A DNA stretch of 64,000 bases from Paecilomyces variotii (Eukaryota). The first letter of the stretch is position 1, and each line of letters opens with the position of its first letter. The notes under the pieces were generated by a model. That model did no database searches and was not told the origin of the DNA. It saw only the letters and a program-made list of their open reading frames with translations. Below, piece by piece: positions 22,396-35,126 of this stretch. A program made the translations under genes and the position numbers. The stretch lies in assembly GCA_004022145.1 (NCBI GenBank), contig RCNU01000002.1, one strand, 5' to 3'.

Positions 22396-25300
22396 ATGGC
22401 GGACTACACAATGTACCATGCCATGGGTCAGGGAGTCGCTCCCAATGAAGACCCTTCAAACCAGCAACAGAACCAAGCTGCACCACCGTACGATCCTTCT
22501 GCCGGCCCCTCACCGGCCGGATACCAGCAACCTGTAGGTCCCTACGGATATGGAAATGTCCCCCCGAATGCGCAGCCTGCCTACGGTGCCATGCCGGCCT
22601 CGAATTTCAGCCCGAGTCCAAGCCCAGGATACAATGCAGGCTCGGCTGGTGGGGTTGGAGCTCCAGCGGAGGATCCAATGTCAGGATTATCATCACAGAT
22701 GGGTGGATTGGGAATTGCGGGAGACGCCAGAGGACACAAGAAGAAGCACAGACATGCGTATCATGATATTGGCGGACCTGGAACATCATCGCCGGGGTTA
22801 AACGGTCTGCCTCACGGTGCCGGGCAGCCTCAGACACAATTCTTCAATCCTGGAGTGCAGCAGCCACAGCCATTTTCGCCGGTTCCAGGTCCGATTCCAC
22901 AAGCTGCGAACCCAGCAATGGGTGCGACACCTCAACCAGGCTTCCATGGTGGTGGCACGGGGGGTGTCTCTGCTCAGGGCAAAGTTGATCCTGAGCAGAT
23001 ACCCAGCATTCCAAGGTCTCGAGATATACCGGCACAGTATTACGCTCAACATGTATACCCGACGATGGAACAACATATCCCACCTCCTGCTGCAGTTCCA
23101 TTTGTGGCTCACGATCAAGGCAACTCATCCCCGAAATATGCGCGCCTTACGCTGAACAGCATCCCCTCTACCTCAGACTTCCTTTCCTCTACCGCTTTGC
23201 CTCTGGGCTTGATCCTGCAGCCGCTCGCACGCTTAGACCCTGGCGAGCAACCTATACCGGTGCTAGACTTTGGAGACTCTGGTCCTCCACGATGTCGGAG
23301 GTGCAGAACTTACATAAACCCGTTCATGACCTTTGGATCCGGAGGTAACAAGTTCGTTTGCAACATGTGCACGTTCCCCAACGAGGTCCCGCTCGATTAT
23401 TATGCGCCACTTGATCCTTCTGGAGTCCGCGTTGACCGTCTCCAGCGCCCAGAGTTAATGATGGGAACGGTCGAGTTTATGGTGCCTAAGGAATATTGGT
23501 CGAAAGAGCCGGTCGGTCTTCAATGGCTGTTCATAATCGATGTCAGCCAGGAATCCGTGAAAAGAGGATTCCTTAAGGGTGTCTGTGAGGGTATCATGGA
23601 GGCCCTCTACGGCGGGGACGATGAGCCCGCCGAGGAGGGAGCGGACGAAGCTGCGAAGAGAAAAGTTCCTCCAGGGTCGAAAGTCGGGATCATTACGTTC
23701 GATAGGGAAATCCACTTCTATAACCTCAGCGTAAGCTCATAGAGTCCCTTTCGATTGTGATGTACGAATCACTCACACTACACTAGCCACAGCTAGATCA
23801 GGCGCAGATGATGGTCATGACTGACCTAGAAGAGCCTTTCGTTCCTTTGAGCGAAGGCCTTTTCGTTGATCCTTATGAATCAAAGTGAGTCTAGCTGCTG
23901 CGAATCTGCTGTCCGATGGCTGGGACTAACACCATTAGGGATGTCATTTCGTCTCTCCTGGGACAGATACCGTCGCTCTTTTCCAAGATCAAGAATCCCG
24001 AGCCTGCTCTACTTCCTGCAATCAACGCTGCTCTATCGGCCTTGCAGTCCACTGGTGGCAAGGTAGTATGTGCCATCTCCAGCTTGCCGACTTGGGGTCC
24101 AGGAAGACTGGTCATGAGGGAAGATCCAAAAGCCCACGGGACGGAGAATGAGAGAAAGCTATTCGCAACAGAGCAGCCTGGGTGGAAAAAGACTGCCACA
24201 AAACTTGCAGAGAGTGGTATCGGCGTTGACTTCTTCATTGCCGCTCCTGGAGGCGCCTACATGGATGTTGCAACTATTGGTAAGTATCGCTATCATTCTG
24301 CGATGCATTCATTGTTGTTGACAATTTCTAGGCCATGTCGCTGCGGTCACTGGTGGCGAAACGTTCTTTTATCCCAACTTCCTTGCGCCAAGGGATGTTC
24401 GGAAGCTCTCGAAGGAGATCGTCCATACCGTCAACCGCGAAACAGGTTACCAGGCGTTGATGAAGGTCCGCTGCTCGAACGGCCTCCAAGTCTCTTCGTA
24501 TCACGGAAACTTCTTGCAACACACCTTCGGTGCGGATCTTGAAATCGGTTCAATTGACGCGGACAAGGCACTGGGTGTCCTCTTCAGCTATGATGGAAAG
24601 CTGGATGCGAAACTCGATGCTCACTTCCAAGCCGCTTTACTGTACACCACAGCCAGTGGCCAACGCCGTGTACGGTGTATAAACATTGTGGCTGCCGTTA
24701 ACGAGCGAGGAATGGACACAATGAAAGCCATCGACCAAGATGCAGTCGTGGCTATCATTGCCAAGGAAGGTAAGACACGGGCATCACTTTATTTCCCATC
24801 TAGTCGTCGCAGCTGACACCAGAGAATAGCGGCCTCGAAGACGCTAGACAAGTCCTTGAAGGACATCCGAGCTAGCATCACGGAGAAGACGGTCGACATA
24901 TTCAGCTGTTACCGCAAGAATTTCTCCGGTTCACATCCTCCCGGCCAACTTGTACTGCCTGAAAATCTCAAGGAGTTCTCGATGTACATGCTGTGTCTGC
25001 TCAAATCCCGGGCTTTCAAAGGTATACCTGGTCTTTGCTACCGCCATCGGGACAGAGGTGCTGACGACTTACAGGCGGCCACGAAACCTCGGACCGTCGT
25101 ACTCACGACATGCGTATGCTTCGCTCCATCGGCTGTACCGAGATGTCTCTCTATCTCTATCCTCGCGTGGTCCCGATTCACAACCTGAGTCCAGAGGACG
25201 GTTTCCCCAATGAGGCTGGTCAATTACAGGTCCCACCGTCACTACGAGCTAGTTTCTCCAAGGTCGAAGAGGGAGGCGCCTACCTTGTTGACAATGGTCA

Positions 25301-25712
25301 AATCTGCCTGCTTTGGCTGCATGCACAGGTATCGCCCAACCTGCTAGAAGATCTATTTGGCCCAGAGCACAACTCATTACAGTCTCTCAATCCCCACCTG
25401 TCTTCCCTTCCCGTACTCGAGACGCACCTCAATGCGCAGGTCCGCAACCTATTGCAGTACTTCTCTACTATCCGTGGCTCGAAGGCGGTCACAATTCAGC
25501 TCGCCCGTCAAGGCATGGACGGCGCGGAGTATGAGTTTGCTCGTCTCCTGGTGGAAGACCGGAACAACGAGGCCCAAAGCTACGTTGATTGGTTGGTGCA
25601 CATTCATCGCCAAATCAACCTCGAGCTAGCTGGTCACCGCAAGAGGGAAGATAGCGCTACTGGGGATGGAGCTCTGTCGAGTCTGACAGGGCTGCGGCCG
25701 GCTTACTGGTAG
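22396..25712 (+). CDS. SFB3: COPII coat subunit of the Sec24 family, Sfb3/Lst1 (SEC24C/D) type
   Basis: Pro/Gln-rich N-terminus, [13 protein letters not shown], zinc finger PPRCRRC...CNMC, trunk domain [15 protein letters not shown] and RRVRCIN, and C-terminal LVEDRNN. Five GT-AG introns with donors near 23731, 23886, 24280, 24770 and 25022. Confidence 0.9.
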
Positions 25713-28461
25713 TGATGGTTGAGTTAGAGAGTGCATGAAATGAGACATGAGCGCATTGCAGCATCAGCTATAGCATAATCTCACTTCTTTTCTGGCCATG
25801 CCAAAGGAGCTCAGGTCTATTCCCATCGACATAGTTATCAACTACTAGTGTCCACCAGTGTCCCTGGTTTCTCGTCATAGTGTCGGCAGGAACCTCGGCG
25901 CGTGCTTTGGCGTAAATCCTCGGCCAAAGCATTGACGCTGTAACTATTTCACGAAGGAACCTAGTAGCTGCCTAATACGGGCCAACAAACTTTAGTAGAC
26001 ACCTCGACTATACCTAGATATACAACAACACGGCCAAAGCGCATGAGGCGTAACTATCTGTCAGGCACAGAAGAAAAGAAAGAGTTAAGCTCTTGATCAT
26101 CCGTGACGATCGCGGCCGGTCGCATATCCGGCTGGCGATCAGCATAGCCACGTGGATGGCACTAAGGACCAAGTTAACAACACTGGCGCAGGACGGATCG
26201 CTAGAACCAACGACAGTCTCGTATCGAATATGAGGCAGCAGAAAACCAACTGAGGCTGAGGCATCATCGGCCTCGATATCAAGAGACGTGTCTACCAAGG
26301 GGAGTGACCGCCTTGATGCCAGGCAAGTCGGTGAGAACTTGACGCTGGATATGTTGCTTGGATGCGACGTGTCTCTTTCAAGCACGGAGGAGACTTCCGG
26401 TTAAGGATACTCTTTAGCCATTTCTCGAGGAAATAGCCTGCCAGATGCGTCCGTGAGATATGGACTAGACTACGGATAGTCTCTCTTTCTCTATCTAGGA
26501 GATGAGATGAGGAGAGAATGGCGCTGGTTACTACTGTACTCCGTCGAGGGGTCCAGAACAGAAGTCTCCGAATGCGAATGGCATGCCATCTCATCCCATC
26601 CCACCAACCAGAACATCCTGGGCCGAGTTTCCCGGGGCGAGAATCGGGATATCGCACTCAGTGGGAGGGTAACTTCTCCGCCAGAGAGACTTGCTGGTTA
26701 TTGACTCCAGCTGCGGAGAAGAGAGGCAGGCCTGACTGACTGTTCCTGGGGCCAAGAAGTTCGAACCCCTGCTCGATTTCCCGTGCGAAGTTATTCGCGA
26801 TTCGACAACCATACACCGAAGTTTCCCTTCGGATGGTTCAGTCGACAAGACAAGCGCTCAACTGGGATTTTGATAGGCAACAGTCCCCGAAATCACCACA
26901 AGAGCGAGTCTCCGCCGTGGGACACAGGAACGGCCCTTCCGGATGACACTGCAGATTCTTCCCTTTGGAGTCTGAGCCTCTGAGAGTCTGAGGTCTTTTC
27001 TGACAGTACTGTAGCCTATATCCACCGAGAAAGCTTGGCGAGTTGGTCCAATACTAGAGGAATCGGCCAATCTAGTGCCATTTGGATGAGTCCAGAGTTT
27101 TGTTAGTGGACGCATTACTGATTCTAGAACTCTAGACTGCCATGTTTCTACACAGGGGAGACTACGCTTTTTTTCCAGGACCCTGGATGTCAGCGTCCAG
27201 TGCGCTGGGGGGTGTTGGCACGGCCTCACTACGATGTTCGAACATGAGTGCGCGAGCCTCGACCGAACGAGAAGCGAGCGACTAGTCCAAAATAATGTCG
27301 GAAGATGAGCCAATCGGACTATCGCGATATTCAGGCACGCTGCAGGAACATGGACGCCAAATGAATTTTTTTCTTTTTTTTCTTTTATTTTTTATTTTTT
27401 TCTTGCCTGAACATCATATGGTCGCCTCTGTGATGTGTCGGCTAAATGGATTCCACGCACCTGGGCCGGTGCCACCTCAGGCAGCGTGGCATTCCAAAAA
27501 ATCCTTCAGCGCAGCACAGCCTTATTGGCGATCAAACCGCCGATGTGTTCTCTTCCCCTCCACATAAAACTTTGATTTGATGTTCTCAGGTCCCCGGAGT
27601 CCATAGGGCTTTGACCAAGTGGAGGCGCAGGGCTCGATGGCGTCCCTGACAGGATAACCTTATACACTTCCGATCCGCAGATTCTTCCATCGCGATCCAA
27701 GGTTGGCGGTGCGTGGAAGGGAAATCCCTAGCTCAGCACATTTCTCGAACCGTTCCAGATCATTGGGCCCGTCGGTCTACAGTCTCTGCTTACAATATCT
27801 CATAGGCTGGTGGCAAGCGGTTCCCGGCTGTCTTTTCACCAACCGGATGGTCAAGAATATACCGATGCTCACCCCGTTTCGGGCAAGTAAACCGTGGCAT
27901 ATGTCAGGTACCCTGAAGCTTCCAGGATTCGGTGAAGCGCATCGGCCTACAGGATCACTGCCCTGGATCAGGCCGAAAGTTACGCAGGCGCCATCCCGTC
28001 TCTCGGGTTCCTTCACTCTATGCCCGCGATATTGTTCATGCCACATGGGCTTACCTGCTCAACACCCGGTACCTGGTCCAGACTCTTCTCCCGGGCTTTT
28101 GGCCTCCACCTGATTCTATCATGGCGCTGAAGGGCTGCCTCCGCTGGCCCAGTCGGCTCTCCACCCCCATGCCCATCCCATGGATGATGTCCTTCTCACG
28201 AAGAGTTCTTCTCTTACGGTCCACTCTGGCAAGTGTTTGATCGCCTTTGCCAGCACATCCCAAAAGTTATAAAGAGGGTCTCAACTCCCTCCCGTTCAGG
28301 TCTCTTCTTTCTCCATCCACGAGAACATCTGACACTCTCTTCTATATATATCAAACCACTTCCATTCTCTACAGTCCTTTGAAAGGTCAACTGCTTCAGT
28401 CTTTACAGCAACAATACCTCCCAACATCGTCACTCCCTCCTATCAAACACAAAAAATCAAG

Positions 28462-29019
28462 ATGATGTTCTCCAAGATCCTCGGTCTTGCTACCGTCTTT
28501 GCTGGAGTTGCCTCCGCGCTCCCTGCTCAGATCATCACCCGTTCCACCAACGGAACCGCTTCCGCTCAGACCACTGGCGGTGGAGTCACCATTATCAACA
28601 ACCTGGGCAGCGACCTCTATGCCTGGTCCGTTGCCAACAATGCGGATGTCCCCATGATCACCCTCAAGGCCAACGGTGGCACCTACTCTGAGACCTGGAA
28701 GACCGACCCCAACGGCGGTGGTGTCTCCATCAAGCTCGCCACCCAGCCTTCCCAGGCCGATGTCCTCCAGTTCGAGTACACTCTCTCCAGTGACACGATC
28801 TTCTGGGATCTCTCTTGCATCAACATGGGTACCAGCTCTGAGTTCACCTCCAAGGGCTTCGCCGTCACCTCTGACGATAGCACCTGCCCCACTGCCACCT
28901 GTGCTCCTGGCGACACGGCTTGCGCCGATGCCTATCTGATCCCTACCGATGACCACGCCACTCATGGATGCCCGTCTCAGGACAACCTCGTCCTGAACAT
29001 CGGTAGCAACGGCAACTAA
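28462..29019 (+). CDS. Secreted Bys1/thaumatin-like protein, 185 aa
   Basis: Signal peptide and strong C-ending codon bias. Motifs GGVTIINN..LYAWSV, GGVSIKL, LQFEYTL, FWDLSCI and C-x4-C...C.DAY..P.D...THGC. TATA-like TTATAAAG about 190 bp upstream. Confidence 0.85.
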   Translation: MMFSKILGLATVFAGVASALPAQIITRSTNGTASAQTTGGGVTIINNLGSDLYAWSVANNADVPMITLKANGGTYSETWKTDPNGGGVSIKLATQPSQADVLQFEYTLSSDTIFWDLSCINMGTSSEFTSKGFAVTSDDSTCPTATCAPGDTACADAYLIPTDDHATHGCPSQDNLVLNIGSNGN

Positions 29020-29811
29020 AAAATCCAACAAAGACAAAATTTCAGATCGATTCCTGGTGAATCATCGATCATTCCGGGCTGATTGATCATGATTTGAGAA
29101 ACGATCGCTGCTCACCGGATGAGCACGTTACCACCCTCCAACATGCAACCAGTGGTTGTGGTTGTGAATCGAGATATCTGCGATGTCCTATGTGATACCC
29201 AGATGAACGGTTCTCTGATTGGTTTTGACGATTAACGAGAATGGAACGGTGTAACGTGAATTGGATACTCCTTGACTGGAGAGTTCAGGAAGAAAGATAC
29301 CCCTACGGATAGAAGAGCTGGATATGCTCTAGAAAGCAGTCTTTTTTTGGGAAATTGAAAGGGAAAAAATGTTTTCAAACACAAAAAAAAAGCCTTGATT
29401 TTATCTTGTCTATAGTGTTCACATAACTAGAATTCTATGTGTTCCTTTTTTCATAAAATACCTTCCTTCCATCTGTAGGATCTATAACAGTTCTCTAGCT
29501 CTATATTGAACATCGATCACCACCCACCACCGCTGACCTCAACAGGAACTCTTGTTGCCGTCTCCAGCCGTTATTCTTGCTGGAAGTGTGGAGCGGTGGC
29601 ACTCTGTGGAGATCAAATCCACACCCGCGTCCCGTCCGGACGTTCTCGACCGCTACACTTTCCCATCCTTCAAGTTCCCATCAGCGAGAGAGTTAAAAAC
29701 TCTTTGTTCGCTTCTTCTTGTCTTGTTGCTTTCTCTCCACTTGTCTGACCCCTCCGGGCCCTCCCCGCCCACAAACCGGTTGTCAAAGAAAAGGGCTTGG
29801 ACTACACACAC

Positions 29812-29845
29812 AAAAAAAAAAAAAAAAAAAAAAAAGAAAAAAAAA
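29812..29845. repeat. Poly(A) tract A24-G-A9
   Basis: Directly visible in the sequence. Confidence 0.9.
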
Positions 29846-31078
29846 GAAACAGGAAACAGGAAACCCCTCCCTGCCGCTTTACAATGATTGATCTGAAAAT
29901 CCATCCAAAGACGTGTACGTAGACATGAACAGTGTTACAGTGGAGTACTCGTGTTCCCGAAGAAGAAAGGTCTCAAGACCGGTTACTCTGTCTGGAATAA
30001 TAATAAAAACTGGCTTCCTAAAGTGGGTTTGTTTAACTTCCTGGTAGTAACTTAATAATACATATTAATAGGTACAACTGTAGACGTGGCGTGGTGGGTT
30101 CTGATTGTTTAATGGAATTATCTAATATATATATTCCTATTGGTTAGTACATAGTTAGTTAATTACTTATTTGATTGTGATTATTATTACTTTATAATAA
30201 TAATATGTATGTATTACTTTCACGCGCCCCCTCCTCCTTCGGAAGACCTGATGTGACCTGTGTAGTTACACTTGGTGTAGAGTAGCAAGTCGGTCTTCTA
30301 ATGTTATTATTAATGCTGATAACATGTGTTGTATGTACTGCTCGGGTGGATTCATGAGATCTGTTCAAGCGAATAATTTCCCTGGTGATTATGTATATAC
30401 TTTCTTTGTCCTCGGAGCGATTTCATGTTGGGTAGATAGGTGGTTTTTTTACCATACTCTCTGGTGTCTGGAGAGAGTGCGTGAAAGGTTAATATATTAT
30501 TTCATCGAATTTGACGCACATAGTAAGTACTCTATAGTACGCTTAGACGCCATATAAGATATCCAAAATAAAAATAAAAAAGGACTGACAGAATCACAAT
30601 ACTTCATCCTTGACCAGAATCCATCGATCTCAGAATCCTCCCCGATCTGACCCGATGGTCTAGTTAACCTTTTAGAATAATGGGCTCTAGATCGCGCCTA
30701 GAGTCTGGGCACTTGCGGTTTGAAGCTTCCCCGATGGCGCCAGTGCAAGGCACAGTTACACTTATGCGAAAATGGTAGTGACTACTCCGTAAGCGCTTTA
30801 GCTAGAGTGATTAGCCCGCTCTTGCATGTAAGTATGTACCTGGCCCGCGATCGGATGGATGTGGACAAAAGGATATAATAATAATGTTGATGACATCGAT
30901 ATTATCCTACGTTCCTTGAATATTCGTTCCTATATACCCAACCCATGCCCTTGTGGTAGTCAATAGCTGCCGTCGCCACGCAATTTGCATCATCCCGCGA
31001 CTTGGGTTGGCATTAGAGTTTTCCTTGCCAAGTGCAATAATACCGGAAAACAGGAAGCAGACGTTAATTAACGATTAA

Positions 31079-34000
31079 TTAATTCTTCGACCGATTGAGC
31101 CTTTCTCCGACAGCCCGGATTTTTTCCATGGTTCCATGGGATCGAATAGCTTTCAACAATATATACGCGACCAACCGGTAGATGATCGTACACACCCCCA
31201 ACGCCATAACATTCATTGGAGCGTTCGTGTCCAGATTATATAGCTGCAAAACCTGCTCGCCGGTGTCAATAGGACACTGGCCGTTTGCGAGCCGCTCCGC
31301 AGCTGTACAGGTGAAGGTTTGGTGTTTCATCGAGTAGGGCGCGAGGTTGGCGATAGAGTACTTGATAGGGGAGAGATGGTTCAGGCCTTGCAGGAAACCA
31401 TTTAGGTTCAAGCTCATGATGCCCCCCATGATAGTGGAAATGGAGAGGAGGACGGATGTGATGTTCACGGAGAACCCTGCATGAGAGAAGAGTGTGCAGA
31501 ACATGATACCTACGGACTCGCCACAGTTGATGATGCAGAAGCAGTTGAAGGCGCAGATCAGGAACATTTTACCGGTCCTTTCGAGATCGCAGACTAGGGC
31601 GGCAAATACCCCGAATATAAAAGACGAAACGATTTCAAATGGTAACTCGAGTGTGGTATATTGCAAAATAAACGTCTCCGTCGAGTAACAGTTGTCTGCT
31701 TCCTCGCGGTAGAAGACGTCCCGCTCGTTTGGATAGATGGCGATGTTTTGAAGCATACCTTGAAAGGAACCGTATTAGCATCCTCATTAATAATAGGGGT
31801 GATTTAAACTGGTGGATTCCACATACCGACAAAGTAAAGCGCTGCAAACTCTTGGATGAAGCCCATGCGCGACTGCACCGCCGGATAGTCATGCTTCAAG
31901 GGCGCAAAGAACAAGGCCATGATTATGGAAATGCCCACCACTTGCATGATACGAGACATCACCAGCGGGGGCTGTCTCCAAAGGTTGATAGTGGATCGGT
32001 ACAAGACCAGCGGAAACGTAACCGTGAAGGGATGTATCTGCCTCTTGAGGCTACCCAGCTCAGCTGGAGTGGCAATCTGTGAAGTCTGCCGACCAAGGTT
32101 GTGAGGCAAATGTTCCCAGTTGACAATAAGTTTTTCGACCTTCTCTCGTGTCTCTGCCTCACGGTCCTCCTGTTGAAGGTCGACAGTGATGAGATCCAAC
32201 ACAAAGTCTGCGGGATTGGTGGTCTTAGGGCAGTCATATCCCAAAGATGCGAAATACGGAAGCATCTCTCTGCCCGGCCCTGCGTAAACTGGATATCCTC
32301 CCCTGGCAAGGAGAAGTATGTTGTGAAAATGACCAAAGACATCCGATCGAGACTGGTGGATAGTAAGAATAAGTGTGCGTCCTTCTGCAGCCAAGCCCCT
32401 CAAGACGTCGATGATCGAGGTAGCCGTGAATGCATCTAGACCGGAAGTCGGTTCGTCTAGAAGCAACACCTTGGGATCGGTCAAGACCTGTATGGCGATA
32501 CTGACCCTCCTCTTCTCACCCCCGCTAATACCCTTGATCAGGTCACTGCCGATCAGATTGTCTGCGCAGTCTTTCAACCCCATTTTCAGTAGAATTTCCT
32601 CTGCGCGCTGATTCTTCTCTTCTCGCGACATCCACGATGGAAGCCTCAGACCAGCTGCAAATCGAAGGCTTTCACGAACGGTGAGCGACGGCATCAGAGC
32701 GTCATCATCCTGCGTCACAAACGAAGTGACCGATCTGATGACGCTCTCTGAAGGCACAGCACCATTGTATAGCATGTCACCAAGCACCCGATACTGGGTC
32801 CACAGATTTCCATGAAGTCTTCGCGCGACCGAGTTCAATAGCGAGGTTTTGCCAGATCCGGAAGGGCCCATGATAACATTCAACTCTCCAGGCCTGAACT
32901 CCGCGGTTATAGGTCTCAAAACCTGCAGGGTACGGGACCTTCGACCAAGCCAATCTCTCTTCCGTATCTGCATGGCATATTTGTCAAGCGAAATTGCGAC
33001 TCTGCGAACCTCTTCTGCTGAACGGGCTGTGATCTTCTCCTTGCCAGCTGACAGGTCGACATCTGCCTTTCGTGCCTGGGCAACACCGATTCCGAACCGG
33101 TTGTATTGCAAGAGCAGACCTGCAAGTAAATAGAAACCGATGACAAATGCAACAAGGACGATTATGGGTCGCCATATCCAATTGTTCGGCATACCGAGAC
33201 TTTCCATGATATAGCGTCCCGTGTACTCCTTGCACGCAGGGTCTGTGGGATCTTTCGAGTACGGGCAGTCGTAAAAATGACCCCATGGAGGACCATTCAC
33301 TCCCATGAATTCGTTGGCACAGAGCGCACCGAATGTGTAAAATGTATATGCCGTCCACTTTAGCCATCTGACGTAGACCGGGATTTGCTGCGACTGGACA
33401 AAGTAACCGCATGCGAATGACTGAAGCGTAAATGAAAGGTTACCAACCAAACTTGCGCCAGGGAAATTTCTCGCAATACCGATAGAGACAGCGGCGAAGG
33501 TCACCGCGATATAGTGCGTAAGTAGGGTAAGACAGAAGAAGATGAAGAATTGACCTGCATCTAAGCGATATCCTACCATGAAGTAGAAAATTACCGAGAA
33601 CAACAGGGGAACAGGGAGGTCTTCAAGTGGAAGACGTGCTGCCCTTCTGCTCAATAAGAAGGCTGGCACCCCAACCACGCCCTCGTTTCGTTCCCGATCA
33701 AAGAGTTGGATGTCTATTGTAAGGCGAAATGTCTCGTAAAGGAGAATAAGGTAACCGTTCAGACTGCTGGCGGTGTATAGACTTCCTTCACGGGAGCGGA
33801 TACCTGCAAGGCTCTCGTCGAGCTGCAGAAAGATCCAACCGTTAATGACAGCCATCCCCACGGCCTCGAGCAAACTTCCAGCAACACCAAGAGGATCGCG
33901 GACAGTAGTTATAAATGTGCGCGAAGTCAATACGCGGAACTGTCGACCAAATGTCACGCCTCTGGGAACCACCACTACTGGAAGATGGTGGTGTTCCGCA

Positions 34001-35126
34001 TCGGGACCCGTAGAAAGCAGCGCCTTCTCATTACCTGCTTTCTTTGCCATCCGATCTCCCCATGATTTTGTCAAGAAATCAACTCGAGCCTTCGACTCTG
34101 CCTCCAGTTCAGGAGATCGATTATCAAGGGCAGCCAAATCAATGAGAAATTCCGCCGGGTTGACAAACGGAGGCAATTCGTAACCACAACCCTCAAAGTA
34201 CGACACTGAATCTTTCACAGGTCCACTATACAGTACCGAGCCGCGAGCCAGTAGAATTACATTGTCGAAGAGGTCCCATATCTCTGAGCGAGGGGCATGG
34301 ATGGAAACGATCACTGTTCGCCCAGCTTGCGCTAACCTCTTCAATGTCCGAATTATCTGAAAAGCACTTGTTGCATCCAAACCTGTGTGGCAAAGTCAAT
34401 GGACGATACTATGTCTCTCATGAAGGCCTACGTACCAGTAGTAGGTTCATCACAGAACAGCACCGACGGATTCGCCAGCATCTGGACGCCGATGCTCGTT
34501 CTTCGTTTCTCTCCACCACTACAGCCCTTGTGCATGTTGTTCCCGATTCGCGTGTCAGCACATTCTTTCAGACCGAGTTCCAGAATAACCTGCTCCACGA
34601 TACTATGTCTCTCATCCTGCGTGGCTGGCGGTGGGAGTCGGAGATCTGCAGAATACCGTAGGGTTTCTCTGACAGTTAATGTTGGGATCAAGATGTCCTG
34701 CTGCATAACATATGCGCTGCTTATGTGATTGATATCCGCGTCGCCATTGAATGTTGTAGCTCCTGATATCTTCAATTTATTCGATCCCATCCTCCTCGCC
34801 ATCACATTGAGAAGCGACGTCTTTCCCGAACCACTGCTCCCAATAATTGCCGTCAGACTGCCGCTTGGCATGTCCGCATTGACACCATCGAGGATGGTTT
34901 TGGCTGTCTCTGGGGGTGGCTTTCCCCGGAGACGATTCCATAATTGGGGGGGAGGTGTTTCCCATAATGGAGGCACGGTGCCGAGAAGTACAGACAAATT
35001 CCGAACTTGAACATCTACCGGATTCACTGCGCGGAAGTTAAGATTTGTATCGACTCCCTGTGTACTCCCCGCAATCAGCGCGGGGTCCTCATGGACGTTA
35101 TCTCCGGAAAGCTTCTCCTGGCCCAT
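31079..35126 (-). CDS. Full-size ABCG transporter (NBD-TMD-NBD-TMD), YOL075C-like, about 1308 aa
   Basis: Introns 34383-34435 and 31759-31826. NBD1: GSSGSGKT / CSGGEKRR / LFCDEPTTGLD. NBD2: GPSGSGKT / ISGGEKRR / LLLDEPTSGLD. Each NBD is followed by an ABC2-type TMD. Confidence 0.93.

Noticed and set aside
26755..26842. B-box-like AGTTCGAACCC and neighbouring hairpins (AACCAT..CCGAAG/CTTCGG..ATGGTT)
   Set aside because: No cloverleaf, A-box or acceptor stem can be built, so it is not called a tRNA or SINE.
29506..29904. ORFs with poly-Lys/poly-Phe, and the poly(A) as a retroposon tail
   Set aside because: The ORFs are products of the A-tract; no target-site duplication or SINE/LINE body is identifiable.
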